Positions 1 to 13,083 are shown, counted from the first letter of the whole stretch. The stretch is 63,909 nt of DNA, filler included, from Reticulomyxa filosa (GCA_000512085.1; 25 parts of 25 records of this genome joined end to end with filler, not necessarily neighbours in it), one strand, 5' to 3'. A program made the numbers and translations. Notes: generated by a model not told the origin, from the letters alone.

Positions 1-389
1 ATCGCTCGACGATTACTTTCAAATATTTCGAAACAGTGCCATTGTTGTCTATGCATAGGCACAGTTTGATGTTAAGTGATATGTAAGAATAGTTGTGATG
101 GAAAAAAAAGTAAGCGAAACATTGTCGCTTAAGTTGCACTCGTAATTACATTTGCGGTATGCAAGCCGATAAAAAAAAAAAAGCAACAAAATGATGACAA
201 AAACTCGCACGTCTCGCATTTTTGATGAAGGTGAAGTTTAGTTTCAAATTTTTTTATTTTCTTTTTTCGTGTGCAAACAAAAACTTTTTTTTTTTTACGT
301 ATATTCAAAAAAAATTTATTTTTTAATATGATGAAATTATTGATTGCAGTCTTCTTTAGGTGCTGCTTATGGATTGAATGAAGTTTACG

Positions 390-771
390 GGAGCATTTGT
401 GCGTGTAGTTTGTACACTGCCAAACGCTTGCTCTTCATTCTTCAGTTTATCATATCTTAGCCAATTTCTTTATTTACTTACTTGTTCTTCTTCAACTGCC
501 AGATGTTTGTGACAGCCAAATAACTTTCAAAGATTTCTTTGTATTCAAACTCATGAACATCCAAAACCTTGCCATCCTTTATTTTCTGAGACGATGTCTC
601 AAAATTTCCACCACACGTCATTTTGTGCATTACACAAAGGGGTCCATCCCAATATCAAACAAAATAAGTGAACGAAAACTTCGATTTTCGCTATAATTAA
701 ATGAAAAAAAGTTGGTTTGCTCAATCACAAAAAAAATTATGGAAATGATATATTTTGCTTCAAATTGTATT
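390..771 (-). repeat. Copy A of a local duplication: degenerate small ORF MHKMTCGGNFETSSQKIKDG... plus its 5' flank
   Basis: 574-771 aligns with 2096-2293 at offset 1522; weaker similarity extends to about 390 vs about 1895; copy A has a deletion, a frameshift and an early stop. Confidence 0.85.
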
Positions 772-1894
772 TATAAATTTTTTTTTTTGTTTTCTTCAAT
801 AGTGTTTCCAAGGGATCTAAAAAAAAAAACTCGCTAATTAAAATAACTTATTGTTGCTCTAGAAAAAAAATCAAATTTTGCATTCTGTTCATTAACTTAA
901 CAACAAATCAAAAAAAGAATGGAACGACTGATGTTATTGAGCAGTCCAAATGTGAGTTGATCAAAATATCATGTACCTTGAACTTTTGAAAAGTGCATCA
1001 AGTAACTTTGTCAAACTTAACGCACCAAAGTTAAAATTTGACTCGTAATTGTTGTCTAAAAAGAGGGCGGTAACTGAAACGTTTTATCCAGTAGCATCAT
1101 TTTTGAAAGTTTTTGCGTTACAAAGAAGAACGATTTTTCTTATTCATTTAACGCTTGTACTCAATTCTTTAATTTTTTTCTTTGAGTATCCGTGTTTCTT
1201 TGTCCCACTCTCCGGACACTTTCTTCCTGTTCTCCATGGCTTCCAAACATGTGAATACCACTTTCAAATGATTTTTGTTTGAAACAAATATCAGAGTAGA
1301 AGTTGTTTTACCAACAGAATTATTCATATTTTCAAGTACTTTTTTAAAATATTTATTGATATTTTGAATATTCAATTGATTTGTCAAGTTGCTCTGAAAG
1401 AAAATATAAAAAAGCCAAACGAATACATGTTTATGCAAGTACTATGATTGAATCCAAGAATAGCATAAGTCCTATATCAGATTTTGAAGGATTAAAATTG
1501 TCATTGAATTGATCAATAACTCAACAATAAAAAAAAAAATAAAAATTGTTGGAACAACAAAAAAAAACATGAGAAATTGTATTCATATTGTTATTAAAGC
1601 AATTTAATAACTTGATTTGCTCATGCTTAGTTCTCTATTCACACATCAATCAATGTAATTGATACTTTGGTAATGTGAAAGCATTCATATAAGCTTTGCG
1701 CGTTTTTCTGGAAGTTCTTCAAAATAATATTCCTAGTTTTGCGATGTTCGGAAATTTGCGTTGGTGGGACTAAACGCAATTTCTTTACTTTTATTGAAGT
1801 AACCTATGAAATAAAAAAATTTGTTTAAAGACAGAATAGAAAGGATGAACAAATTTATAAATCTTACCTTCTTGCGTTCCATTTCATAACAATC

Positions 1895-2293
1895 GTGGCT
1901 GTGTGTATAATTTGTACGCACAACAAAAACTATATTACTTTTTCATTCTTCGATTGCTCGCATTTTAGGGAATTTCTTTTTCTCCATTGCTATCTTATGA
2001 CTTGCCAAACGTTTCGTAACAGCCAGAGATGTGCCAAACAAAGAGCTTTCAAATCTTCTTTCGTATTCAAAATCACTAACCTCCAACACGTTTATATCCT
2101 TTATTTTCTGTGGCGAGGTCTCAAAATTTCCGCAACACGTCATTTTGGGCATTACCCAAAGGGGGCCATCCCAATATCAAACAAAATAAGTGAACGAAAA
2201 CTTCGATTTTCGCTATAATTAAATGAAAAAAAGTTGGTTTGCTCAATCAAAAAAAAAATTATGGAAATGATATATTTTGCTTTCAATTGTATT
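1895..2293 (-). repeat. Copy B of the duplication, containing ORF 1943-2152 (MPKMTCCGNFETSPQKIKD...), product unknown
   Basis: Direct sequence similarity to 390-771. Confidence 0.85.
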
Positions 2294-2393
2294 NNNNNNN
2301 NNNNNNNNNNNNNNNNNNNNNNNNNNNNNNNNNNNNNTTAATTAATTAANNNNNNNNNNNNNNNNNNNNNNNNNNNNNNNNNNNNNNNNNNNN
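2294..2393. other. Artificial contig-joining spacer N44-TTAATTAATTAA-N44; first of 24, others start at 3571, 7757, 12906, 17806, 21575, 22961, 24566, 25908, 32954, 34228, 36960, 38125, 40740, 42403, 45006, 47401, 48811, 50624, 51831, 54443, 57135, 61430, 62792
   Basis: Identical 100-bp N-padded cassette; TTAATTAATTAA gives stops in all six frames; genes are cut at these points. Confidence 0.98.
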
Positions 2394-3570
2394 AATCGAA
2401 TGGTTTTATCTTTTGAACCAGATACAATTCTGCAACCATCAGGTGAAAATTGAACAGAATTAACACCACCTGAATGACCTTCTAAAAATTGAATTTGTTT
2501 TCCAGACGATGCATCCCACAGTCGAATAGTGTCATCCCATGAACAAGATACAATCCTGCAGCCATCAGGTGAAAACTGAACACAATCAACACCACGTAAA
2601 TGACCTTTTAAAGATTGGATTTGTTTTCCAGATGATACATCCCATAGTCCAATGGTTTCATCTGCTGAGCCAGACACAATTCTGTTACCATCAGGTGAAA
2701 ATTGAACAGATTTGACACAATCTGAATGACCTTCTAAACATTGAATTTGTTTTCCAGATGATACATTCCACATTCTAATTGTTTTATCATATGAACCAGA
2801 TACAATTATATTGCCATCAGGTGAAAATTGAACAGAAGTAACATGCTCTGAATGACCTTCTAAAGATTGAATTTGTTTTCCAGATAATGCATCCCACAGT
2901 CGAATGGTGTTATCCCATGAACCAGATACAATTCTGCTACCATCAAGTGAAAATTGAACACAATTAACACCTCTTGAATGACCTTCTAAACATTGAATTT
3001 GTTTTCCTGATGATGCATCCCACAAGCGAATGGTTTTATCAAATGAGCCAGATACAATTCTGCTACCATCAGGTGAAAATTGAACAGAATTAACACCACT
3101 TGAATGACCATCTAAACATTGAATTTGTTTTCCAGATGATACATCCCACAATCGAATGGTTTTATCTTCTGAGCCAGACACAATTCTATTACCATCAGGT
3201 GAAAATTGAACAGAAGTAACATAACTTGAATGACCTTCTAAACATTGAATTTGTTTTCCCGAGGATGTATCCCATAGTCGAATAGTTCTATCATCTGCAC
3301 CAGACACAATTCTATTACCATCAGGTGAAAATTGAACAGATCTAATAGAATTTGAATGACCTTTGAGATAGCCGTATTCACCAAAGTTTATCTGATTTAC
3401 TGATGCGTTTGTGAAATTGGTAAAATTGAGACAAGCTCTAAAGAAGCTGACGTTATCTAAAATGGCCTCTTTGAAACTTGTTCCTTCAAGGAAGGCGTGA
3501 TCTAGAATGGCTTTCGATATATTTATCTTATCCCAGTTTTGGTAACTCATGCTAACTCTTGCTACGTTGA
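2394..3570 (-). CDS. Pentapeptide-repeat + WD40 protein, partial at both ends; probable C-terminal region of a NACHT-WD40 (NWD-like) protein
   Basis: AILDHAFLEGTSFKEAILDNVSFFRACLNFTNFTNASV..FGE followed by 8 tandem 42-aa (126-bp) GHS..V.SVQFSPDG.RIVSGS.D.TIRLWD repeats. Confidence 0.9.
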
Positions 3571-3969
3571 NNNNNNNNNNNNNNNNNNNNNNNNNNNNNN
3601 NNNNNNNNNNNNNNTTAATTAATTAANNNNNNNNNNNNNNNNNNNNNNNNNNNNNNNNNNNNNNNNNNNNTCAATCAAGTGTTTTATTTTGTCCTCTGGG
3701 ATTATTGTATCACAATTGATCATTTACTAAAAGCCAAACCATTTTCAGTAGATTGCATACAAGTTAGATGCAGAGAACAACAAGTAAAGTTATGAAGAAT
3801 TTAGGTCAGCATTGTCTTCATTCATTGAAATGATTTCGACTTGTGAAAATTTTGTGCTGTCACATTCCTTTTGTGTAGTGTTATCTGTGCTTTGTTTCGT
3901 AGGGTTATATCTGTAACAAAACCAACAATATGTATAACAGGTACACATATAAGACAAATTGTGATAACT

Positions 3970-4665
<696 letters not shown>

Positions 4666-7600
4666 TTTTTCCCCCAAGAAAAGATAATGATGAAATCAAG
4701 AATTATTTGGGATATATTATAGATCCCCCTCAACGACAAACGCGCTTTTTTTTACTTTGCGTTTTCACAAGTCGATTATTATCACAGACAGCAGAAATTG
4801 AAAACAATTGAAAATTTTTTGAAAAAAGTCTTAAACAATTTTAAAAGTTTGGGTAGGTTACTTTAATCATATTTAATACTTTTCCGGTGCGGTATTGGGT
4901 CAATATTCACATTACTACAGAGATTTGTCGAAAGCATGTCCAAATTAAAAAAAAAAAATCTAGTTCGTCGATTTAACGTATGATAAGTGTAGCAATCAAA
5001 CAGGCAATTGAATTTTTAATTAGCTTGCATGATCAATTTTATGGTGTATACAGATTTCTAATTACAAATAATATTTTTCTCGATAGACATATCAAATTTT
5101 GAATAAGTAAATTTGTTGATGTACGGCGCATTTATAGAAAGTATTGGGCTGTAGTGTAAACAATGAAAAGACTAAAATATATTGATCTTTATTTCTGATA
5201 TAATAATTAATATCAATAAACTCTTTTGTTGTTGCTGAATTCTCTATTACTAACCAATATTACTGCCATTTTTGTTCCTTTCTCTTATAGATATTCTTAC
5301 TCCTACATAACAGCAAGAAGATGCTACTCGAGGTCTTTTTTGCAAGGAATAGTAGCAAGAGTCAATTCTTATTTCGTACAGTCGACTCTTACGCGGGCTC
5401 TTTTAGATCTTTTTTTTTATTAACACCAACTCTAAGCAATAGAAGAGCCTATTGCACATCATCACACACAATTAATTCCAATTATCAGTTTTTTCAAAGA
5501 TACAAGTGAAAACGAAAAGATGCGGATGAATTTGATTTGAATTTTCTTTGAGATATAAAATATTAAAATTCAGAAATTTTTTGGAATGAATATGATTTGA
5601 TGAGAAAGAAATTAGGTGAGCTGGAGAAAACTATTAGAATTATTATTAAAAAAAAGCAAAAATAACAATTGGGACAAAAACAAACAATATTTGACGCATG
5701 TATCAATACTTGCAATCGGATATATTTGACTTCACTTCACATTGCTTGCACCGCAACCATCACTTTTCAATGTTCAATTGCTATGCGTTGTATTCTTTGA
5801 GATCTATGTTATATACGTGTGTGTTCATCGTACATGTTTTAAGCATTTTTCCAATCACGTTATAAAAAAATATTATAACTTGTAACATAGGTTGCGCAGC
5901 TCACCACTTTCAATCAATCATGAGCACATTGCACGAATATGAACCTTTCATTTTTTTTACAAATTATACGTTATTCAAAGTATAATACCATGATCCATAA
6001 TTGATGAACGCCGTTGCCACTACTATTACCATTATTGCCGGGGATTTACTTCAGCATCAATGACAATATTAATAGCAACAACTTACACACTTCCATTTGC
6101 ACATCTTTAAAGATCTATCCAAAAGTTCAAGCAACACAACACACACATATAAATAAATAATAAATATACGTTATAAAGATGTTTTATATCAAATATGTAC
6201 AAATAAAACAGAAACTTTTTCAAGCAATGCACCCAATCACGAATTATAGTATCAGGTGACAGGAAAGAGACAGGCGCACAAATGACCAAAAAAATACCTT
6301 GGACTTGTATTGGAATGCGCGTGTTGATTTCAACGATAATGCTTCCATCAAGTATTCCGTTATTGGAACAATTGAACTATGACTTGGAGGACGCTATTAT
6401 CACTGAAAGGCTCTTCCCTAGAGCTACTATTTTTTTGAGTGGCGGTCTTGTCAATGGCGGATCCTTCCACTTTTCGAATCCGAGCGATTCTGTTTTTGAT
6501 AACCAACAACTTGTTCGTATCCACAGCGACGGTGTCTTTGAGATGAGAGCAGGAGAGGGGCTCGACTGCTGACATAAAATATTGCACTTAGCAGGGCCCA
6601 GCGCCATCAACACATTGTAAATATCCAAGCTTTTATTTCTTCGGCAAATGATGTAGCGACTTTGAATCGTCGATCTTGTCGGTTTTTGTAATAATGCGCA
6701 CAACATTAGCTCTCTTCCGCGTACATACCAACAGCAGTGGCATCCAAATATTGGAGCACACAATACCAGTCCAATGTCTTGAAGTAATTGACAAATGAGT
6801 AGAAGGAACATGGACTGCGTTATTGTCGTCATCATCATCATTGTTGGCACTGCTTGACATTGTCGCACCCATCCAGCCTTCCATTGAGGGATGCACTATG
6901 TGAAATAGTCCAAGTCGAAGGCGCAAAGTCGCTACTTGTGGGTTTCCATAATTAAAGTAAAGTCGACAGAATGTTTTTCTTTTTAAAAAAACAAATCCAA
7001 CGACGTATGGCCTTGAACAATATTTTTCTACATCATCATCCCCTTTTTATTTGCTAATTACCTTGACTTGAGTCTTGGTGCTGCCCGACTACAAAAAGCA
7101 AGCTTACCAAGAAAAAAAATGTCCAAGTTCAATTGATGACATCTTTCTTCCACTATTCCAATACCATCATATGATGGATATTTTCAAAATACGAAGCTCA
7201 TCCACTCTCGTCGCCCTTATGATGAGGGACACACATTGGCGTTGGATAATGGCCGTTCTTAATTTTTGCATCCATCACCATGAGCCCATTTGATAATATT
7301 TGGATTGACGATTCAATTAGTATTTCTTTCTTCATTGTTGGACGCATTCGTTCTTGAGTGCTATTGCTAAACGATTTTTGATCATTTCGCGATTCAAAAT
7401 TTTAAACAATATCGACTCAAATCCAACTCCACTTGGCGACCTGCACTTTAATGTTCTGCAAGTAATGTGATAATGCAACCAATACAAAGTATTGCGTCGC
7501 ATCCCAACACGCCGTCTGTAGTTCTAGTCGACCTGGAGACCATCACTGCAAGAGTCGCGTACTTTGCGTCTATCGAATAAACGCCTATAATTTTTGCCAA

Positions 7601-7856
7601 ACGGACTCAGAAAATGCGGACAGTTTTCTATCCATCTCCCTTTTCACCGATGTCACTCGCAGGCTCAACATTCTTCCAATCGCAGCACACGTATAATTAA
7701 AAAGCAAATGCGCGAGTTTGCGTACGCACACGACCAGTTCCAACACGAGTAGCTAGNNNNNNNNNNNNNNNNNNNNNNNNNNNNNNNNNNNNNNNNNNNN
7801 TTAATTAATTAANNNNNNNNNNNNNNNNNNNNNNNNNNNNNNNNNNNNNNNNNNNN

Positions 7857-10370
7857 AATGAAGAATTAGGAATTATTCAATTTATTGCAGAGAGAGTTCA
7901 CGATAAAAATCCAACATTTGTGAATTTAAAGTCAAGATTGTTTCGGATTATTGAAGCATCAAAGAATAATAAAAATGTGAGCATTGCAGCAGCAAATGCA
8001 ATCACTATACTCAATTCAGCTAATATTGACATGGACTACCAAAATTGGAACAATATAAAAATTCCTTATGCAATTTTAGATCGTGCTTTTCTTGAAGGAA
8101 CTAATCTTACTCATGCCAATTTAGATCATGTACATTTTTATCAAACTTGCTTAACCAAAGTCAATTTTACAAATGCATCAATGAATAATATTTACTTTGG
8201 AGAATATGCATATTTAGAAGGACATTCAGCACTTGTGTGGGGAATTCAATTTTCTCCCGATGGGACAACCATCTTATCATATTCAAAGGATAATACCATT
8301 CGAATCTGGGATACGTCATCAAGAAAACAACTTTATGTGTTGGAAGAGCATTCAAATTCAATAAATTCTGCGCATTTTTCATTTGATGGGTCTAAAATTG
8401 TGTCATGTTCATTAGACGAAACTATTCGGATATGGAATGTACTATCAGGTCAACAAATTCAACTATTAAAAGGGCATTCATCAGCTGTAGTTGCAGCACA
8501 ATTTTCACCAGATACTTCTAAGGTTGTATCATGTTCGTGGGATACAACTGTTCGAATATGGGATACATTATCTGGAGAACAACTTCAATTATTTCAAGGA
8601 CATTCAGATTACGTAAACAAAGTGCAATTTTCACCAGATGCTTCCAAAGTTGTGTCATGTTCACGGGATAAGACGATTCGAATATGGGACGTACTTTCTG
8701 GGAAACAGCTTCAAATTTTGGAAGGACATTCAGACGAGATAAATGGTGCACAATTTTCATCAAATGGATCAAAGATTATATCGTACTCAAAAGACAAAAC
8801 TGTTCGAATATGGGATGTATTATCAGGTCAACAAACTCAATTATTAGAAGTGCATACAGAAGATATAAATGGAATTCAGTTTTCGCCAGACGATTCAAAA
8901 TTTTTATCATATTCAGATGATGCTACTATTCGACTATGGGATATGTTATCTGGAAAACAACTTCAAGTGCTAGAAGGGCATTCAAGCTGGGTAAATGCAG
9001 CACGATTTTCATCTGATGGTTCCAGAATTGTGTCTGGATCAAGTGACAATACAATCCGAGTATGGGATGTATCGTCAGGAAAGCAAATTCATATATTAGA
9101 AGGACATTCAAATCGTATAACTGATGTGGAATTTTTTCCAAAGGATCAAAAGATTTTATCGTGTTCGTGGGATGCGACAATTCGAATATGGGATATACCT
9201 TTAGAAAGAAAAATTCATTTAACAGACGGATATCTTGATATTATATCAGGAGTGCAATTTTCTCCTGATGGTTCTAAAATTGTGTCATCTTCGGCAGATA
9301 AAACAATTCGATTGTGGGATGTACAATCAGGAGAGCAAATTCAAGTGTTTGAAGGTCATTCAGAATGGGTATCCGGAATACTATTTTTGCCAGATGGCTC
9401 GAAAATTGTATCATATTCAGATGATAACACAATTCGAATATGGGATGTACTATCTGGAAAACAAGTTCTATTATTGGAAGGCCACACAAGTTATGTGTGG
9501 AGATTGCAATTGTCACCAAATAATTCTAAACTTGTGTCATGTGCAAATGATAAAACCATTCGAATATGGGACATATCTTCAGGAAAACAAATACAATTAT
9601 TGGAAGGACACACAGACTGTGTGAAAAAAGCACAACTTTCGCTGGATGAATCTAAAATCGTATCTTGTTCTAATGATAATACAGTTCGGTTGTGGGATGT
9701 GTTATCTGGAAGACAAATCCAAATATTTGAAGGACATGAAGGTGTTGTCGAAGGAGTACAATTTTTGCCAGATGAATCTAAAGTTATATCATGGTCATGG
9801 GATAAGACAATTCGAATATGGGATATATTATCTGGAAATCAACTTCTATTATTAGAAGGACATGGTGATGATATAAATGGAGTACAAATTTCCCCAGATG
9901 GTACTAAAATTGTGTCATGCTCAGATGACAAAACAATACGATTGTGGGACATATTGAGTGGAGAACAAATTCAAAAGTTAGAAGGGCATTCAGATTGGCT
10001 AAATGGAGTACAATTTTCACCTGATGGTTCCAAAGTTATTTCTTATTCACGGGACAAAACTATTCGAATATGGGATGTATCTTCAGGAAGACAAATTCAA
10101 GTATTAGAAGGACATAACGGTGCTATTAAAGACATTCAGTTGTCACCTGATGGTTCAACATTAGTGTCAGGTTCAGAAGATAGAACAATTCGACTATGGA
10201 AAAGTAATAACAGTAAAATTATTGATATAACTGAGACTAGTTCGGTAGATTATATTTGGAAAGTAGGTATTCAAAGTGGTTTATCAATGAAAGACAGTAT
10301 TTGGAAGGATGCAAATGGCTTAACACAGCAACAAAAATTGCTTGTAAAACAACGTGGTGGAATATTGTGA
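7857..10370 (+). CDS. Pentapeptide + 16x WD40 protein, 5'-partial; C-terminal part of a probable NACHT-WD40 NLR-like protein
   Basis: AAANAITILN motif, pentapeptide repeats ending YFGE, 16 WD40 repeats, C-terminal GLSMKDSIWKDANGLTQQQKLLVKQRGG; intronless ORF open to the contig edge. Confidence 0.9.
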   Translation, partial: NEELGIIQFIAERVHDKNPTFVNLKSRLFRIIEASKNNKNVSIAAANAITILNSANIDMDYQNWNNIKIPYAILDRAFLEGTNLTHANLDHVHFYQTCLTKVNFTNASMNNIYFGEYAYLEGHSALVWGIQFSPDGTTILSYSKDNTIRIWDTSSRKQLYVLEEHSNSINSAHFSFDGSKIVSCSLDETIRIWNVLSGQQIQLLKGHSSAVVAAQFSPDTSKVVSCSWDTTVRIWDTLSGEQLQLFQGHSDYVNKVQFSPDASKVVSCSRDKTIRIWDVLSGKQLQILEGHSDEINGAQFSSNGSKIISYSKDKTVRIWDVLSGQQTQLLEVHTEDINGIQFSPDDSKFLSYSDDATIRLWDMLSGKQLQVLEGHSSWVNAARFSSDGSRIVSGSSDNTIRVWDVSSGKQIHILEGHSNRITDVEFFPKDQKILSCSWDATIRIWDIPLERKIHLTDGYLDIISGVQFSPDGSKIVSSSADKTIRLWDVQSGEQIQVFEGHSEWVSGILFLPDGSKIVSYSDDNTIRIWDVLSGKQVLLLEGHTSYVWRLQLSPNNSKLVSCANDKTIRIWDISSGKQIQLLEGHTDCVKKAQLSLDESKIVSCSNDNTVRLWDVLSGRQIQIFEGHEGVVEGVQFLPDESKVISWSWDKTIRIWDILSGNQLLLLEGHGDDINGVQISPDGTKIVSCSDDKTIRLWDILSGEQIQKLEGHSDWLNGVQFSPDGSKVISYSRDKTIRIWDVSSGRQIQVLEGHNGAIKDIQLSPDGSTLVSGSEDRTIRLWKSNNSKIIDITETSSVDYIWKVGIQSGLSMKDSIWKDANGLTQQQKLLVKQRGGIL

Positions 10371-11393
10371 TTTTTTTGTTTATTGGTTGATGTTCTTGTG
10401 AATAAACGTTTGAGAGATACTGTTAATAAAAGATTATTAATTACTGAAAAGGCATTTCATTTTTTTTGAAAAGTGATTTATTGCAAATTATACACCTTAT
10501 TAGCATATAGTGTCAAAATCAAAAGATCAAAGTTCGGTAATTGAATATCATGATTTGAGCTTGCTTTGGTTCAAAAGGTATGGTTAGAGTCTAAGTCTTT
10601 TTGCTCATTTTCAAAAATATTTTTCAATACACAAATGTATCTTTATTTCATCTAAAAGATATTCTTTTTACAATATTTACAATCGGATATGTACCCGTTA
10701 ATAAATTCGAGCTCATATTTATATAAATATCTTCCAAATTTAGCTTTTCTTCTTAAACTATGCAGTTAAACTATTTCAAAAAGTCAAATTTTAAAATGAC
10801 AACCAAAAATTAATAAAAAAATCGAACAAATCAAACACCTAAAAAGAAATTTATATTTAAAAACTACAATATCCGTAGAATTTTTTTAAATAAAAAAAAA
10901 TTAGGTTTAAATGTTTATTTTTCGTGTAAAAATTTGATTCTCTTCGTAAGAGTGTGCATTTTTTGCAATATAATGTATGAATAAATTCTTAAATTGAGTT
11001 TATCTAAACTAAAAAGATTGTAATTGTAGCAAAATGTTCGTTCTTTTTTTTTATAGCGTGCACTTTGGCCATGGTTTTAACTTGCTTTGGTGCATTTTAC
11101 GCAGCAAACGATGAAAGAGTTCATTGTCTATTTGTACTCACCGCAATGAAAAATTAAAAAGATAAAATGTATAAGCAACATTTAAAAGTTAAAAAAATTA
11201 ATTATACATAGCACAACGGAATCAAATATTTGTTTATTTTTAATCATATTTACGATTATGTTAGCCATTTTTGTGTTGAACGTTGGTTAAACGTTCAACA
11301 AAGCCTTTCAAAATTCTTACTGTTTTGTGTTTTTGCTTTCTTGTCGAAATTGCAAATTTTTGTTGATTTGAATTCATAATGCATTTCAAGCAT

Positions 11394-12905
11394 ATGAAAT
11401 TTCAAGTAATATTTTTGGTGGCAGCGGTAGGAATTGTCAGTGCACAAACACAGAACCAAGACGGGTACTTTAATATAACTTCTTGTGGCGACACGACGAC
11501 ATGTCTGTACATGTCCATGCACGGGAGTGACTCTCCTTGGAATTTATGCACGACAAAGGTCACAAATGCGGGCATGACATTAGGAGTACAAGAGTTTCGA
11601 AGGGCAATGTCGTCAGGTAGCATATCCATTGTAGAGCGTTTTTAAAAAATGGAGTGGATCCACTCATAACATAAGGATGGATATACAACAAAAAAAAAAG
11701 ATTTACCAAGATCTATAGTAGGACATTTTCGACCAACTGTTGCACCGACCGCAATACCGACCCCAAATCCATCCAAGACACCAACAGCCTCACCAACAAT
11801 TCCCCCAACAGTCTCCCCAACTTTGTCTCCGGTGGAATCCCCAACACAAGCTCCATCTTCATCCCCATCTAGGACCCCGTCGCGAAACCCTTCGCGGTCC
11901 CCCTCGGATTCTCCTTCGTCGCCGCCAACGCGCGCTCCATCAGTCCACCCAACTGGCCAGACATTATCCCCAACATTCTCTCCAACAAGTATGTCGTGGT
12001 AGTGACTCCAACAAAACAGATGTGTTATGATTGAGGCAAAACGAATCACCAAATAAAAATATAAAAAAAAAAATAGAGTCTCCAACAAACGCCCCAACAT
12101 ATGCACCTACATTGGCTCCAACGGATACCCCCTCGCAAACACCAAGTCAAAATCCTACTGCTGCACCTACATTGGCTCCAACGGATACCCCCTCACAAAC
12201 ACCAACTCAAAATCCTACTGCTGCACCAACACGCGGTCCTTCATCAGCGCCGTCACTGCCTCCCACACGTGCACCTGTGGCCCCTCCAAGCAAGGCGCCA
12301 ACGCATATGCCATGCCTCAACTTGAACTACACTATCAGTAAGGTGGTACAACCGCAAGAAACGATTGTTATCCAAACTGGAGTGTATGAATTGGACTATT
12401 CTGTTGAAATTGTTGGCAAAGTGGGATTGACGATCGTAGGTTGGAATTATCAAAACTCCGAAAATACAAATTACGTATTTTTCCTAGTCGATTTTGCAAA
12501 TCCCATTTGGAAAAACTACAAAAGTGTTATCACAATCAAGGACTCGCAAGAGATTCGATTTGAAAATATTATATTCATTGATCGCAATTATTATCACAAG
12601 TTACGTATACATACACAGATATTTATATATGTATGTCTACAGTTTTTTTTTTTTTTTTTTTTTGCAATATCAATTATTCAAACCAACAAACCCAAAAAAA
12701 AAAATAGCGAAACCAATATAACGTCAAACTTGCAAACTGAAAAATTTTCATTGTTTCGTGTAAGCAACAGTACGAACGTATCTTTTTGGAATGTTGGAGT
12801 GGAAGGCTTCCGCCTTAACACAACGACCGAGGAGGAGGGACAAGGAATTATGAGCAAAGACTACAACAAATTGGGCCAATTACGGTTTGCCATGTTTTAT
12901 TGGGA
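11394..12905 (+). CDS. Secreted/surface protein with Pro-Thr-Ser (PT) repeats, multi-exon, 3'-partial
   Basis: Signal peptide MKFQVIFLVAAVGIVSA; PTxxP repeats in exons about 11701-11988 and 12078-12310; GT-AG introns; downstream beta-helix-like sequence. Confidence 0.75.
12103..12228 (+). repeat. Two 60-bp near-identical tandem units encoding APTLAPTDTPSQTP(S/T)QNPTA
   Basis: Direct repeat visible at 12103 and 12163. Confidence 0.9.
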
Positions 12906-13006
12906 NNNNNNNNNNNNNNNNNNNNNNNNNNNNNNNNNNNNNNNNNNNNTTAATTAATTAANNNNNNNNNNNNNNNNNNNNNNNNNNNNNNNNNNNNNNN
13001 NNNNNG

Positions 13007-13016
13007 ATGATAATAG

Positions 13017-13083
<67 letters not shown>

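Noticed and set aside
1943-1945. In-frame TGA codons (also in 31100-32220) as stop-codon reassignment or selenocysteine
   Set aside because: Intact genes use TGG for Trp and end in TGA, TAA or TAG; the TGAs occur in sequences that also have frameshifts
2394-3370. 126-bp DNA repeats as a CRISPR array or DGR template/variable repeats
   Set aside because: Repeats are contiguous in-frame WD40 units with no unique spacers, no reverse transcriptase and no adenine-specific pattern evident
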